64,000 nt of DNA from a virus. Under the pieces are notes generated by a model. The model made no database searches. It worked only from the letters and a program-made list of their open reading frames with translations, and was not told the origin of the DNA. A program made the position numbers and the translations under genes. The number at the start of each line of letters is the position of its first letter. The first letter of the stretch is position 1. This document shows positions 10,401-20,529 of this stretch, piece by piece. The stretch spans positions 10,773 through 74,772 of IMG/VR virus record IMGVR_UViG_3300013772_000003; one strand, 5' to 3'.

Positions 10401-12554
10401 AAACTTATGTCTTGGGTGCAGGTGAGGTTCAACAAAGGCTCCCGAAGCTGTCCCTACTAAATGCCCATACACCTTCAACTCCTTCATAGATAAATAAGGA
10501 TTTCTGAATTGCGTGTCAGGAGAATGGAAAGTAAAAACATTATCCCTCACTGCGCTGTTGGGAGGGTACGTGACTGTGTTTACAACTCCTGTTCCAACCG
10601 ACTCCGCTGTTTCTGTCAGAGAAGAAGTAATAAAATAATCAGCGCCTACATCATTGTATGGGTAGTTTGGATAAAGTCCGTTTCGTGTAGTAGAACCTCC
10701 CGGAATAACATACTCAAACATATTATTTATGATCCCCTTCGCTACAATCGTTTTGTTTCCCTCGCGACTTCCCCTTAAAATACGGTATCCCACAATACCC
10801 GGAACCGGTGTTAACCCGTCATTTAAAAGTGGTTTTTTTATGTTCTCGTATTTTGTACCTAAAATTCTTATTGCAGGCTTACCCCCAAAATTAGGGCTGC
10901 TGTTGGTATAGTGCTGAACTGATGTATCTGACGGTGTTCCCCACAATCTCTGTTCAGGAAACTTGTGGTGTCTGATTGGTTTACCGCATAAATCATAATC
11001 TGTCGCGCTCGTTCCCGGGTACGGAGGAGTAAAGGCACCAAACGTACTTGCATTATATACTAATGGTTTGTCATCAGGATAAAACTCGGTGGATTCATGG
11101 TATCCCATCAAACCTTCTGATAATAAAAACCCTTCTCCGTCAGGTGACGGTGTGTTTGGAGGATATGTAAAAGTCAACTGCGCCGTGTTATAAACCTCGA
11201 AAACTTTTTCAGAACTCAAAGGATCTAACCAATCGGTAGTCCCACCAACTGCGTTTTCCACCAACCCAATTAATGTACCAGAAGTAATGGGTATAACAGG
11301 TCTACCGGGAATATGATAGGAAGAACTTAAGTCTCCGTCATCATATATCCACTGAATAAACTCGCAATAATTTTCATCACGCAAACGACTCGTAGCACTT
11401 CCTCCTTTACGATAGTAGTCCGCAGGAAACTCTGTGCTTACCCACTTGGTCACAATTTGATTAGCAAGAGGTTGATAGTTGAAATCAAATTTGTTTGTTG
11501 GACTTGTACGTAATAAATAATTTCCTACTTCATAGATTGCATCAGACTTATCTGCTATTGGGTTATGTAATGGTATCCAAGCTAACGGAACAGTTGTAAG
11601 TGTTGGGTCAATAATGTCAATTGAAATTCTTTTCTGACGCGTGCTGTATGTACCAAATGATTTAGCCTCTGTTTGCTGATTTACAACACTCACTACAACG
11701 AGTTCAAACTCATCGAAGCGGTCATCCATACTGTCAATAATAACATCAATAGAGCCGGCTACATTCGAATGATCGAATAAAGGTTGTACGTTGGACGGAG
11801 CAAAATAATCAGTAACACGTTGTCCGTTTACTTTATAAGCCGCGATTACAAAATAAGAACCGTTAAAAAGACTTCCGCCTCCTGAACCTTTAACTACATG
11901 TAGACACGGGGCATTAACTAATTTTGCAAGGCGAATCGCATCAGTATCAACAACAAATCCTGTGTATTGTACTGGCGCAAGCGCAACGTAGTTTACACAA
12001 GTAATACAACCAACAGGGTAAAAAGGAGAGCTTGGAGGTTGTGTACCTAACTGAGTATTTCCTGAGGAATCAGTGCACAATTGTACGAACTGAGGTTTGT
12101 CCACATTCAGTGTACGATCCGGATTATTCCCATCCGCCCAATAGATATGCCAAGAGCAATCGAAGTTTTCTTTTGATACCCCTATAATTAAATTTGCACG
12201 ATTAAAGTTTAAGAGAGGAAAGCCTGCGGGGTAATATGAATCATTCGCGATTGTTGTGTACGTCTCAGTACCTTCAACAAATCTTCCTATTTCTGAATTA
12301 ACATCGTTAGTAGAAAATACTATCCAATTATCTGCAAATAAATAAATGAATCCAACGATTGTGTATGGAGCTTTGATGCACTCTTTGTTGCTGGGTTCTG
12401 ACGAAATATCAAATATGTCGCCGGTCGGAGACCAGTTGGTAGCATTGCGTGCAAAAGTCCATTGCGAAGACTTCGAGTGGAAGTCCTTTACGTCGGTATT
12501 GAGACCTCTGTCGAAGGAATCTGTCTTGTTATTATTTGGGTCTTGTTGTGCCAC
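7443..12554 (-). CDS. Tail muzzle / tail stabilization protein
   Basis: 1703 aa; GLNTD N-terminus, IYWADGNNPDRTLN, IRHHKFP, FHSPD, FGGDTY, WISFHDW motifs; lies between ring and cargo genes. Confidence 0.8.
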   Translation of the reverse strand: MAQQDPNNNKTDSFDRGLNTDVKDFHSKSSQWTFARNATNWSPTGDIFDISSEPSNKECIKAPYTIVGFIYLFADNWIVFSTNDVNSEIGRFVEGTETYTTIANDSYYPAGFPLLNFNRANLIIGVSKENFDCSWHIYWADGNNPDRTLNVDKPQFVQLCTDSSGNTQLGTQPPSSPFYPVGCITCVNYVALAPVQYTGFVVDTDAIRLAKLVNAPCLHVVKGSGGGSLFNGSYFVIAAYKVNGQRVTDYFAPSNVQPLFDHSNVAGSIDVIIDSMDDRFDEFELVVVSVVNQQTEAKSFGTYSTRQKRISIDIIDPTLTTVPLAWIPLHNPIADKSDAIYEVGNYLLRTSPTNKFDFNYQPLANQIVTKWVSTEFPADYYRKGGSATSRLRDENYCEFIQWIYDDGDLSSSYHIPGRPVIPITSGTLIGLVENAVGGTTDWLDPLSSEKVFEVYNTAQLTFTYPPNTPSPDGEGFLLSEGLMGYHESTEFYPDDKPLVYNASTFGAFTPPYPGTSATDYDLCGKPIRHHKFPEQRLWGTPSDTSVQHYTNSSPNFGGKPAIRILGTKYENIKKPLLNDGLTPVPGIVGYRILRGSREGNKTIVAKGIINNMFEYVIPGGSTTRNGLYPNYPYNDVGADYFITSSLTETAESVGTGVVNTVTYPPNSAVRDNVFTFHSPDTQFRNPYLSMKELKVYGHLVGTASGAFVEPHLHPRHKFVTDLAFVSAVIAGVGIAMISSLGQRTTTRIYPTRIGTVESGIFVGPAGAGAWGLDNLVPVPTTIAAIATGDAAVAAADLAEGGVDTGFTGGAQAGITALTGLGREAWNLALAGLANATNIVPSTTGYGKQTTEDDGDNVPTFLRMLNGIPAFVNYWSQGTDTTLDLIRAFLNWEQHALQYMSHCFYDGFANTSLGETRRTISDEIYLEDQLQDLGTGYRVNNLFRGKSVALQTAVGLSLLAGDNTKQTLHTATGLGPTHQDPLIPLNTFSICSYTALKNRLQNQYGQIGGVHQIPIGSCTISTAGKFPVVSPVLFGGDTYVSRYTEKNTMFFFYDWMYGQPNGYEFDYRLKEYVPRPMYWMDTHKWDIAEVISGLGTAFTTGSWTNLLPQSLHAFDRGGLSGFFGVKDAYMYLSNSGVRDFFVESDVNTELRDWGDNINQRYYDPYRYTDEKAMFDMNPDIIKAGNYFKYDYSLSISKLFPSFISWANIQPINYDPIIYESCFVHYKNRVLFSLPFAAINQQSSESIKDAWLIFLANNYHDFITPVTDIKAINKTGALFFFGNQSPLQMVSIENLQMGNTEITIGTGALFSRPLQSLVNAEKSFETASCQGRLSVINTPMGVYWISQSTGNIFQYQLGAGMSEISGTDLNWWFAQYLPCMLTQSFPDFELTDNPVIGVGTQSTFDQQNTLVYFMKKDYKLKDGFVVVTSASMVPNSIQYTGRNDFKVGGVLPIKLGDPTYFEDASFTASYDPKTKEWISFHDWKPELTMQGKNTFLTTQTDSLGAGGLYVHNILCDSYCNYFGVDYPFEVEFRVNTGQQVNVLRSIELQMENYLYDAGNCHDRYLMLEYFFDKAVIWNPEQCSGMLKFNPIIHNDPWKELSFPQYNAGSVDILYSKVENKYRFNQMVDLTSDRGEFSNARRMIWNTSPNGYVRALNNANLDYAKSPTEHKRFRNYQNSVWLRKDIVGKVKILLILADQKLQQSPR

Positions 12555-12559
12555 ACGAA

Positions 12560-13657
12560 TTATCTACTAAGTGATGCACCCGAAGCTGCGGAATAATCAA
12601 AACCGTTATAACTCGAAAACATGGAGTAATATTTGTTCCATTGTGCCTTCCTGTTTACAACGTACATCTCATTCATCTCCGTCCAGTTAGGTGTGCGCAC
12701 AATTGCTTTTGCAGCCCCCTGAGCAATCTTTCTCTTCTCAGTGAAGTAATGCAACTTCTGTACCATATCCTCCCCCTGCATCATTAGATTTTCACAAATT
12801 CTTTCCTTAAGGGCATATTGGTGAAATTCCGAAATAACTTCGTGATCAGGAACCAATAAATTTCCCTCTTCGTCCTCAAGCATTCCTTCGTATGAGAGAT
12901 AGACTTGTCCGCAACCATTGTTATGATGCCAGTTGGTGTACAACCACCCATCTTTAATCCACGCTTCATCTGCGGATCGCATATACAAACCCGGACAGCC
13001 GCACTCTATGCCTTGAGCATTGTTTATAAAACGTAATGGGTGCAGGTGGTTATAAGTCCTTGTGCCGGTACTTACCTTTTGTATTACTTCTACACAATCC
13101 CCTTTACAGTTCAGGAAGACTCTTGGTTTTTTCCACCAGTCCCCACCCGGTTCTTTTGGATTGAAAACAGCTTCCTCACAAACATTTGTTGGAGCACATG
13201 AACACGGAGTTGCTCCGCATCCACAAGAAGGAGTTGCTGTCTGCAACACGGCTGTACCACATCCACAGGGAACCAAATGACAGTTAGAACACACTACCGG
13301 AGCAGCACAAAGATTAACAGAAGCAGGTACAGACCGCACTTTAGGAATCAATTTCTCTTCAAGATGGGTTCCCTGCGGCACTACAAAAGTTTCTGTATGA
13401 CTTCCGCACATCATTGCAAAATTCACAGTATAAAAGTCTTCTGGAAGTCTAACTCTCCCCTTCTCCAAATCAAGTAGAGTTTCTTTAGTTTTATAGATAC
13501 GCAGTCCTAATATATAATTACACCTGCGAGCAACACGTATCAAAGACGCAGGATCAATAAGGTTCTCCAAGGCATACGCAGAAAAGTCAATACGTACGTC
13601 ACTTAGAAGTTGGTCAAACGTCTGGTACTTTAAAGTATAGTTAGAAATTCCTGACAT
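12560..13657 (-). CDS. Tail ring (tubular) protein with Cys-rich insertion
   Basis: GRVRLPEDF, VYLSYEGMLEDEEGNLLVPD; directly upstream of the muzzle gene as in Crassvirales. Confidence 0.7.
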   Translation of the reverse strand: MSGISNYTLKYQTFDQLLSDVRIDFSAYALENLIDPASLIRVARRCNYILGLRIYKTKETLLDLEKGRVRLPEDFYTVNFAMMCGSHTETFVVPQGTHLEEKLIPKVRSVPASVNLCAAPVVCSNCHLVPCGCGTAVLQTATPSCGCGATPCSCAPTNVCEEAVFNPKEPGGDWWKKPRVFLNCKGDCVEVIQKVSTGTRTYNHLHPLRFINNAQGIECGCPGLYMRSADEAWIKDGWLYTNWHHNNGCGQVYLSYEGMLEDEEGNLLVPDHEVISEFHQYALKERICENLMMQGEDMVQKLHYFTEKRKIAQGAAKAIVRTPNWTEMNEMYVVNRKAQWNKYYSMFSSYNGFDYSAASGASLSR

Positions 13658-13661
13658 CTGA

Positions 13662-14333
13662 TTACTGTTTAAGTGCAGAAATATTATCTGCTGCTGGTTC
13701 TTTCGGTATCTGAATTGTTCCTAATAAATCATTCTTCACATTCTGCTCAATCTCTGCAAATAAATATTCCGGTATATGCGTCTCCTCATCCTGTGCTAAC
13801 TTGCAAGGATCGCCACAACACAGATATTGTTCTACGCTGTTTTCAGGAAGTACTTCCATCTTCGCCGCGTCCCACTCAATATCCGGAAAATAAACCTTCT
13901 TATCTATAAACCAGTAGTAATGATTTTGGTTGTATTTGTAAGTAGAGGAGTTAGCAATGTCCACAAACGTTGCAGGATTTGTTTTAATGCAAATAATGGA
14001 GCCATCAATTGAAGTAATAGAACGAAACAGCGGACCATACGTTCCTTCAAAAATATCAGGCAAGTCCTCCTTAGTTCTTTTGATAGTACATCCTGATTTG
14101 ATTCCACCGCAACACGCAGCTACTTTGTCGACCTCTTCAAGCTCTACACAAGGAAGTGTTACAAACAGACTCTGAAATTTCATTATCTTGTTCTGATCAT
14201 CAAGTCGCTTCAAATATAGTTTAGCATACTTTATAGCAAGAGAATATAAGAAACGGTCTGTCAGGAAAGCATCTTGTTTCGCCGCCTTCACGATGTTTCT
14301 CATTCTTGATATGGTATCTCTTCTTCGCTGCAT
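13662..14333 (-). CDS. Tail ring protein
   Basis: LTDRF, LPCVELEEVD, IKRTKEDLP, YYWFIDKKVYF; synteny. Confidence 0.65.
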   Translation of the reverse strand: MQRRRDTISRMRNIVKAAKQDAFLTDRFLYSLAIKYAKLYLKRLDDQNKIMKFQSLFVTLPCVELEEVDKVAACCGGIKSGCTIKRTKEDLPDIFEGTYGPLFRSITSIDGSIICIKTNPATFVDIANSSTYKYNQNHYYWFIDKKVYFPDIEWDAAKMEVLPENSVEQYLCCGDPCKLAQDEETHIPEYLFAEIEQNVKNDLLGTIQIPKEPAADNISALKQ

Positions 14334-14971
14334 TAAATTATACCGTCAAATTCATTGTAAGTTAATAACAATTCCGCAGCCTGCTTCATTGCAAATTCTT
14401 TTTTATAAAACTTATCTTTACGCCAACGCATAGCTAAATCTTTTTTAGCAGGGGAGAAGTAGGTACGGTTTGCATCAAACATTTTTCCTATTATTCGCAG
14501 GTGCTTTTTGAATACTTTGAACTCCCACAAATACTTATTAGGCATGTCATAACTATCAGAACTAATGTCCAAAGATACCAAAGGAAAAATTCCCCCTCCT
14601 GTGTTCACTCTATTATGAACAACAACTCCTAACCTCGCAGAAGCAACATCAGCTATCCGTTTTCTTTTACCTTTTTTTACAGTCACAACCTGCAATTTAC
14701 CCATACGATTGGGTAATGTTACTCCTGCACGACTATCAATAGCTGCTTGCATCATGTTTTCATTAAATGCTTGCAAAATGGAAGTAAGCTCTGCGTCTTT
14801 TAATTTACATTCTTTGTGTTCAGCGCGAAATTGTTTATGTGCAAACGTAGGCGCCTTCCAGTTATTCCTATCATCCAATACTCCAATCTTGTTCTTCCTG
14901 ACTCCTTTCACAGAGTCCGTAAATTTAGGCGCTTTCGGATGTGCGGGCGTATATGGAGTAAACTCATTCAT
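14333..14971 (-). CDS. IHF/HU-like DNA-binding protein
   Basis: ILQAFNENMMQAAIDSRAGVTLPNRMGKLQV resembles the HU fold; conserved position in the crAss tail block. Confidence 0.65.
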   Translation of the reverse strand: MNEFTPYTPAHPKAPKFTDSVKGVRKNKIGVLDDRNNWKAPTFAHKQFRAEHKECKLKDAELTSILQAFNENMMQAAIDSRAGVTLPNRMGKLQVVTVKKGKRKRIADVASARLGVVVHNRVNTGGGIFPLVSLDISSDSYDMPNKYLWEFKVFKKHLRIIGKMFDANRTYFSPAKKDLAMRWRKDKFYKKEFAMKQAAELLLTYNEFDGII

Positions 14972-14989
14972 ATTTTTCTCTTCTTAAAC

Positions 14990-15020
14990 AAAACCCCCGA
15001 GCAAAACGCTCAGGGCTCTG
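14990..15020 (-). terminator. Intrinsic terminator
   Basis: Minus strand GCCCTGAGC-GTTTT-GCTCGGGGG followed by a T-run. Confidence 0.55.
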
Positions 15021-15063
15021 CTATTAACTCAAAAGCAAAACCAACAGATGCTCGAGCAATATT

Positions 15064-16287
15064 TTAATAACAAGCACCATTAAAAGTCACTGTTCCGGTT
15101 GCTCCTTCTGACTCAGCCCTCACCACCGACCCCGTAACAGCACAAACTGTTGTACTTGACGGCGATCCGTAGGAAAACAACTGTACCGTAGTCACAGCTC
15201 CGTTACAAGCAGTGTACCTAAAGGTCACCTTTCCTTCAACATCCCCTTCTGTAGAGGTCAAAGTAGTGCTCTGACAATTGCATAAACAATTTCCTGTGTC
15301 TTGAGCTATTGTATAATCTGAGGGTGCCGGGGGAACACCTGCTGTACAAAAATCAACAGTTTTTCCCGGTTGTAACAAACTTACGGGATTCCCCACACTT
15401 CCTCCTGCGGGATACCCTTGCCCTGTACAACTGGTAACTACGAAGGCAGAACAAGTCCCCAAAACAGCAGTTGCTGTCGCAGTAGTTCCTGACGCTGGAG
15501 GAACAACTGTTACTAAAGGGGCTGTGGTATATCCTGTACCCGCATTATCAAGTATAATTTCAATCACGGTTCCATAGTCAGCTACAACATTAAAGGTAGC
15601 ATCCGTAGTGTTTCCCCCCATAAAAGCGGGATCAGGTTTTAGAGTGTCTCCCGTATTATATCCAACACCCTGAGCAGTTATAGTCCCCAAAACCACGGCA
15701 CCTGTATTATCAACAGTAAACGTACCTTGACCTCCGGAACCTGAACCAGAAATAACTAAAAGAGGCACCTCCGTGAATGTTTGCGATACGTTCCCATTAT
15801 AGCCGGAACCATTGCTTGTAAAGGTAATGCCTGTTGTTAAAATAAATCCTGTACCTACCACGCCATGCGCAAGCGCTGTTACCCCCGAAGGAGGTGCTGC
15901 TACCATTACGGTGGGATTTGTTCCTACTGTATACCCACTACCTTCGTTGTCAACTGTAATAGAAGCTAACGCAACACTGTTACAAGTAGCTAAATACCTT
16001 TTGCAGGAAGGAGATGGTACAAACGGTGTGCTAAAATAAACACGCCCGTCAGTAGAACTTACGTCTTCACAACAAGCTTGAGCATACCCGTCAAATTCAA
16101 CTGTAGGGCAGCTTTCGTTGTCTAAACAAGGAATGGCTATAGGCACAGAACAAAGTGTGCCGCCGCCGAGACAAGTTGTGTCAACACAGGTATATCCCCC
16201 TGAATTATTCAGTCGATAGCAAACTCTGTGGCAGCCTGTATAGTCTGTCTTAAAAGTTACGGTTATTGTTGCTGGTACACACGCCAT
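15064..16287 (-). CDS. Cys/Thr/Gly-rich tail or fibre protein
   Basis: Probable start MACVP at 16287; repeated (N/G)xGSGY...P beta modules; Cys-rich termini. Confidence 0.65.
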   Translation of the reverse strand: MACVPATITVTFKTDYTGCHRVCYRLNNSGGYTCVDTTCLGGGTLCSVPIAIPCLDNESCPTVEFDGYAQACCEDVSSTDGRVYFSTPFVPSPSCKRYLATCNSVALASITVDNEGSGYTVGTNPTVMVAAPPSGVTALAHGVVGTGFILTTGITFTSNGSGYNGNVSQTFTEVPLLVISGSGSGGQGTFTVDNTGAVVLGTITAQGVGYNTGDTLKPDPAFMGGNTTDATFNVVADYGTVIEIILDNAGTGYTTAPLVTVVPPASGTTATATAVLGTCSAFVVTSCTGQGYPAGGSVGNPVSLLQPGKTVDFCTAGVPPAPSDYTIAQDTGNCLCNCQSTTLTSTEGDVEGKVTFRYTACNGAVTTVQLFSYGSPSSTTVCAVTGSVVRAESEGATGTVTFNGACY

Positions 16288-16307
16288 TGGTTGTTGTTTT
16301 AAATAAT

Positions 16308-16862
16308 TTATACTGCTAAAGTTGTTACTAAAATTGTTAATGATGTACAGGAGGTTCCACAAATAGACTTTACCTGAATGTAGTAAGAAGTGCTTGGAAG
16401 CAATCCGCCAATTAAATCAGAAGGATTTGCTGTCTGCGCTATTACTGGATTAAGAAGCCATGTACTTGATGTAGTTGCTCTGTACTCTACTTGGTATCCA
16501 CCGGTCGCCACAAGAACAGGAAGCCATTTCAAAGCAACGGTTGTTGAAGTAATGTTTGTACTCTGTACTCCCAGTACACTTTGACAAGGTGATGTTGGAT
16601 AAGCACATCCCGGGTTTGTAGCAAGAAGAGCGAACAACTGAATAATACTATCCAAACGTTGTCCTTTCATTATACCTAAATCCGCAATAGTATCTCCGGT
16701 ATAAACAACACAGCCTGCACTGAATGTTTCAGGACAAGGGTCCCCGTTTGGACACAAAGGCGCTGTACAAGGCATACAAGTAAGCAGGGGCAAATCTTTG
16801 CATCCGCAGTCCACTGCACAACCGCACTTCTTCTTATTTATTGGCGAACACCCACATCCCAT
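16308..16862 (-). CDS. Cys-rich virion protein with C-terminal fibronectin type III domain
   Basis: NITSTTVALKW...YQVEYR...GLLPSTSYYIQVKSIC. Confidence 0.75.
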   Translation of the reverse strand: MGCGCSPINKKKCGCAVDCGCKDLPLLTCMPCTAPLCPNGDPCPETFSAGCVVYTGDTIADLGIMKGQRLDSIIQLFALLATNPGCAYPTSPCQSVLGVQSTNITSTTVALKWLPVLVATGGYQVEYRATTSSTWLLNPVIAQTANPSDLIGGLLPSTSYYIQVKSICGTSCTSLTILVTTLAV

Positions 16863-16874
16863 AATTTCTATTAT

Positions 16875-18377
16875 TTAAGGTATACTGATTAATGCTGTTA
16901 TTGCACTCGGAGGAGGACATGGATTAGGCAACGTTGTTACCACCGTAAGCGGACACGTTTGTACTCCATTATTTCCTACAACAAAAATTCTTATCTTATA
17001 TGTAGTTCCTTTTGTTAAGCCACTGAATGTACCCGATACCGTGGTTGGATTTAATTCAGGGAAAGTTTGACTTTGTAATAAAGTATTTCCTGTACTATCG
17101 TAAAGAGCTACCGTATATGTTTTAGTTCCCGAAATGTGTGGGAAAGAGAAGAACATTGAGGTTAAGCCTGCTATGAACGTTGTTGCAGGGCAATTCAAAG
17201 TACAAACAAAGATGTATTCCAAGCAAGACTCACAAACTGTACCCAAAGTATTATCCTTAAGACATATATCTGAGGTAATGGTGAGATTATCCCCTACGTT
17301 CAACGGAGTTCCTCCTATACTAACTGTAAACCCTCCCGGATTATTCATGGTTGCCACAAGAGGAATTGTCACATTTATGTTATGTCCGGACTGATCCGCA
17401 ATATTAAACACAGTTCCTGCAATACTACACTCCACTAAACCTTGGGGAATGGAACCGGTAAAGAACAAAATAAGATTATTAACCGTAGGCATTGTCGCCT
17501 GCACTTGAATAGATACCCCTTGACAAGGAGTAGCACAACAATTCAATTGAATGTTTGTAACAGCGCTGCGTAAATCAGAAACAGTCAACCAAAGGTTTGT
17601 AATAGCATCTCCCACATTATTAACAACTGTCCTCCATCCCGGAATAGAACCCATTGTTCCTCCTTGTGTCCCTAATGCAGGAAGCGTATTGAGTCCTGTA
17701 GGCTGTGTTGCAATTCCGTTAAATAAATCAGAAGGTTGTCCCGTAGCGGCGCGTAGTTCACAGAACTGTTTTTCCAATGCCTGTAAAACAATATCAATGG
17801 TTGTTGGAGCTGCTCCTAAAACACAAACAGGGGTAATGCTTGGAAGTGCGGGAGGAGTAGTTAAAATAGTAGCAACCGTCTTCTCAACAACACCTAAGCG
17901 TGCTCCTTGATTTTGCAAACTCTGTACAGTAAATCCTTGTTGGGATAAAAGCTCACAAAAAGTATTTCCAATAAGCGTTACATAGTCTGTAAGTTGGGAG
18001 GTAATAACCATATCCAACGTCTTGGGATCTTGGTACTGAAAACAGGACGCTAAATTTACAACACAATCAGGACACCCTTTAGTTCCTCCTGTTGGACTTT
18101 CAATTCCTTCTAACGCACAAATCCTATCAATAAGTAATTGTAATAATTGTGTAAAATCTTCGGGAGCACAACGAGTAAGGTCAAAACACGATAAATCATA
18201 CGAAGTTACGTCGAGCTCAGAAATTACGATACAAAGTTTGCAAGCCAAATCATGCACATTCTTTGTAAGACAATCCCCTTTTTTGATTCCTACACAAGGA
18301 ATAGACTCTCCCTCATAAATTACGCATTGCGAACTTTGGGATATGCAATTACTATCGTTGTAATTTGTAGGCTTCAT
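16875..18377 (-). CDS. Cys-rich tail protein with C-terminal FN3-like domain
   Basis: SSQCVIYEG...IPCVGI N-terminus; FSGLTKGTTYKIRI C-terminus. Confidence 0.65.
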   Translation of the reverse strand: MKPTNYNDSNCISQSSQCVIYEGESIPCVGIKKGDCLTKNVHDLACKLCIVISELDVTSYDLSCFDLTRCAPEDFTQLLQLLIDRICALEGIESPTGGTKGCPDCVVNLASCFQYQDPKTLDMVITSQLTDYVTLIGNTFCELLSQQGFTVQSLQNQGARLGVVEKTVATILTTPPALPSITPVCVLGAAPTTIDIVLQALEKQFCELRAATGQPSDLFNGIATQPTGLNTLPALGTQGGTMGSIPGWRTVVNNVGDAITNLWLTVSDLRSAVTNIQLNCCATPCQGVSIQVQATMPTVNNLILFFTGSIPQGLVECSIAGTVFNIADQSGHNINVTIPLVATMNNPGGFTVSIGGTPLNVGDNLTITSDICLKDNTLGTVCESCLEYIFVCTLNCPATTFIAGLTSMFFSFPHISGTKTYTVALYDSTGNTLLQSQTFPELNPTTVSGTFSGLTKGTTYKIRIFVVGNNGVQTCPLTVVTTLPNPCPPPSAITALISIP

Positions 18378-18398
18378 TTGTGGAGTATTGTTGCAAAG

Positions 18399-20522
18399 TT
18401 ATAATTTTCTTGGAGTAGTTATCCCGGATGTTGAAGGATTGTTAAAAGTTATTACCGCTCCTTCCATCACCACCACATCTTCACAAGGAGTTACTAACGT
18501 TATTGTTGCTGTTATGTCTGTTGGTGTAGGACACGCTATTGGTGTTGGAGGTGTAGGAGGAGTTAGTACAGGACACGGTGTACAGCAAGTTATTGGCGGA
18601 CACGTCCTACAAAGCGCCGGATCGTATATCGCACGTAAATCAAGCAACTCTTTTTTAATTATCCACTTCTGTAAATCCTCTCCGCAGCACGTTGTTATTC
18701 CGTAACGACGTTTCTTCATCTTGTTGTAAACCTGTTCTGCAAATTCACAATTCACTTTCTCAGTGTATTCAGGAGAACATCCCGGCGTGTTATACCCCGG
18801 TTTTACTTTACGTTGTCTCAGTAATTCGGGTGCAGGGCAAACTAAAGGAGGATTACAAAGAGCGCAAGTACCAAAAGAAGTCATTACAACCACTGGTTCA
18901 GACCCGCGACAAGTGCCGGAAATGTTTACTGTCCAGCACTGATTTACACAACCTTTAATTTGAATTACTTGTCCAACATATTGAGATAAGTCTGTATCTG
19001 TAATTATTGGATTTTCCTTTTCAGCGCAATCACTAAGAACGTAGCATTTCTTAGCGCAAGTAGTACAATCAATAAACGATTTTGGATTAGTAATAGGTGT
19101 AGATTGCGTACATCCAGTAGCCGCACTGACTTGCCAACATATTCCGGGGTATCCGTCAATCTGAACAGCTTGTCCTATATACGCCGTTAAAACGGTGTTT
19201 GTTGTTACTGTTTGCTTTTCGTCCGCACAATTCGTAAGCTTGAAGCAGGGTAAGCAGGAAATGCAGGTATCCGAGGTACTTACATACGTTACCGGTACAG
19301 AGCCCGTACAATTTGGCGCACTCATCACAGACCAACACCCTGCATAAGTTCCGGACAAGTTCACGGTCATACCTATGCTTGTAGATAAATTTGTACTTGT
19401 AATAATAATTGTGCCGGTAATACAATTGGTAAGCTTAAAACAAGGTGCGCACGTTTGGCAATTATCGAACGCTACAACATTAGATACCGTAATTGTAGTA
19501 GTACAGTCAGTAGCAGTGGTAACGGACCAACATCCCGGAAACTCTGCAATAGTTATAGCTTGTCCTGTACCTACGTAGGCAGATAAATCGGTACTAACAA
19601 CGTGGGTTAAACTTTTATCAGCGCAATTGGTGATTAAAAAACAACAGTTGTATGGAATGCTTTCTATAATAGAACACATTAATTCCTGTCCGCAAGTATT
19701 TAACGCGTATCCAGAAGGGCAAGAATATCCACTAAATTGCCCCGTTTGAAAAGTCTGCCCTATTTTATTTGTTGTTGTAAAAATAGTAACCGCACTTAGT
19801 TGAGCAGGAGTTGTGATCAAAGCAAGTTGAGAAGGAGTTGCATGATACACCTCCGCAGCAAATGAAGCAATCCGACCCTGATTAAGCCCCTCTAATGTAA
19901 GTATATTAATTCCTGCCTTTAGCGTTATAGGAAATACATGCCAATAATTGAAGTTAAACGTAGGTGCGCCTACTCCGGGGACAGAAAAATCAAGCGCAAC
20001 AATTAACTGCCCGTTAATGCTAAAACGCGTTTCGTTGTCCGCAGCCATCCCTATACAATAGGTGCCGGCAACAGGAACGTCTACACACGCAGAAAACCCG
20101 ATCCATTCATTAATCGGACACTGATTTAAAGCATTAACTGTTCCTGTGGTGGTACAATCATATTCTGTTAAAGGCTGAGTAGTCCATATACCTGCATTAT
20201 TAAGTCTTCCGTCTACTACAACAGCGTCTCCCCACAAAGGGTTTACAATATTGTTAGTCACTGCAAGCGTAACGGTTCCAGAAGCGTCTTGCAATGTAGT
20301 AGGAGCCGAGGCAACAGGACGAATAGGAAAGATTAATCCCGATATATCCTGATAAAAATTTGCACCATTCTGACCATAAACACTACTCTTATTACCAGTT
20401 CCAACATGGTATGTTATCCCGTTATTTGTAGCAGCAACACTTGTCGTCTTTATACAATTCAACCCACTCTGGTCAATTACATAACCTTTAGGACACGGAC
20501 AAGTATTTAGAGAAGTAGCCAA
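18399..20522 (-). CDS. Cys-rich virion protein (PA14-like region, 4 Cys repeats, tail-hub-like C-terminus)
   Basis: GTYCIGMAADNETRFSING resembles PA14; CEFAEQVYNKMKKRRYGITTCC near the C-terminus; TTG start. Confidence 0.6.
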   Translation of the reverse strand: MATSLNTCPCPKGYVIDQSGLNCIKTTSVAATNNGITYHVGTGNKSSVYGQNGANFYQDISGLIFPIRPVASAPTTLQDASGTVTLAVTNNIVNPLWGDAVVVDGRLNNAGIWTTQPLTEYDCTTTGTVNALNQCPINEWIGFSACVDVPVAGTYCIGMAADNETRFSINGQLIVALDFSVPGVGAPTFNFNYWHVFPITLKAGINILTLEGLNQGRIASFAAEVYHATPSQLALITTPAQLSAVTIFTTTNKIGQTFQTGQFSGYSCPSGYALNTCGQELMCSIIESIPYNCCFLITNCADKSLTHVVSTDLSAYVGTGQAITIAEFPGCWSVTTATDCTTTITVSNVVAFDNCQTCAPCFKLTNCITGTIIITSTNLSTSIGMTVNLSGTYAGCWSVMSAPNCTGSVPVTYVSTSDTCISCLPCFKLTNCADEKQTVTTNTVLTAYIGQAVQIDGYPGICWQVSAATGCTQSTPITNPKSFIDCTTCAKKCYVLSDCAEKENPIITDTDLSQYVGQVIQIKGCVNQCWTVNISGTCRGSEPVVVMTSFGTCALCNPPLVCPAPELLRQRKVKPGYNTPGCSPEYTEKVNCEFAEQVYNKMKKRRYGITTCCGEDLQKWIIKKELLDLRAIYDPALCRTCPPITCCTPCPVLTPPTPPTPIACPTPTDITATITLVTPCEDVVVMEGAVITFNNPSTSGITTPRKL
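18847..19646 (-). repeat. Four tandem ~67-aa 6-Cys protein repeats
   Basis: C(F/Y)x(L/I)(T/S)(N/D)C...L(S/T)xY(V/I)G...CWxV...C...CxxC occurs four times. Confidence 0.85.
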
Positions 20523-20529
20523 TTTTTAT

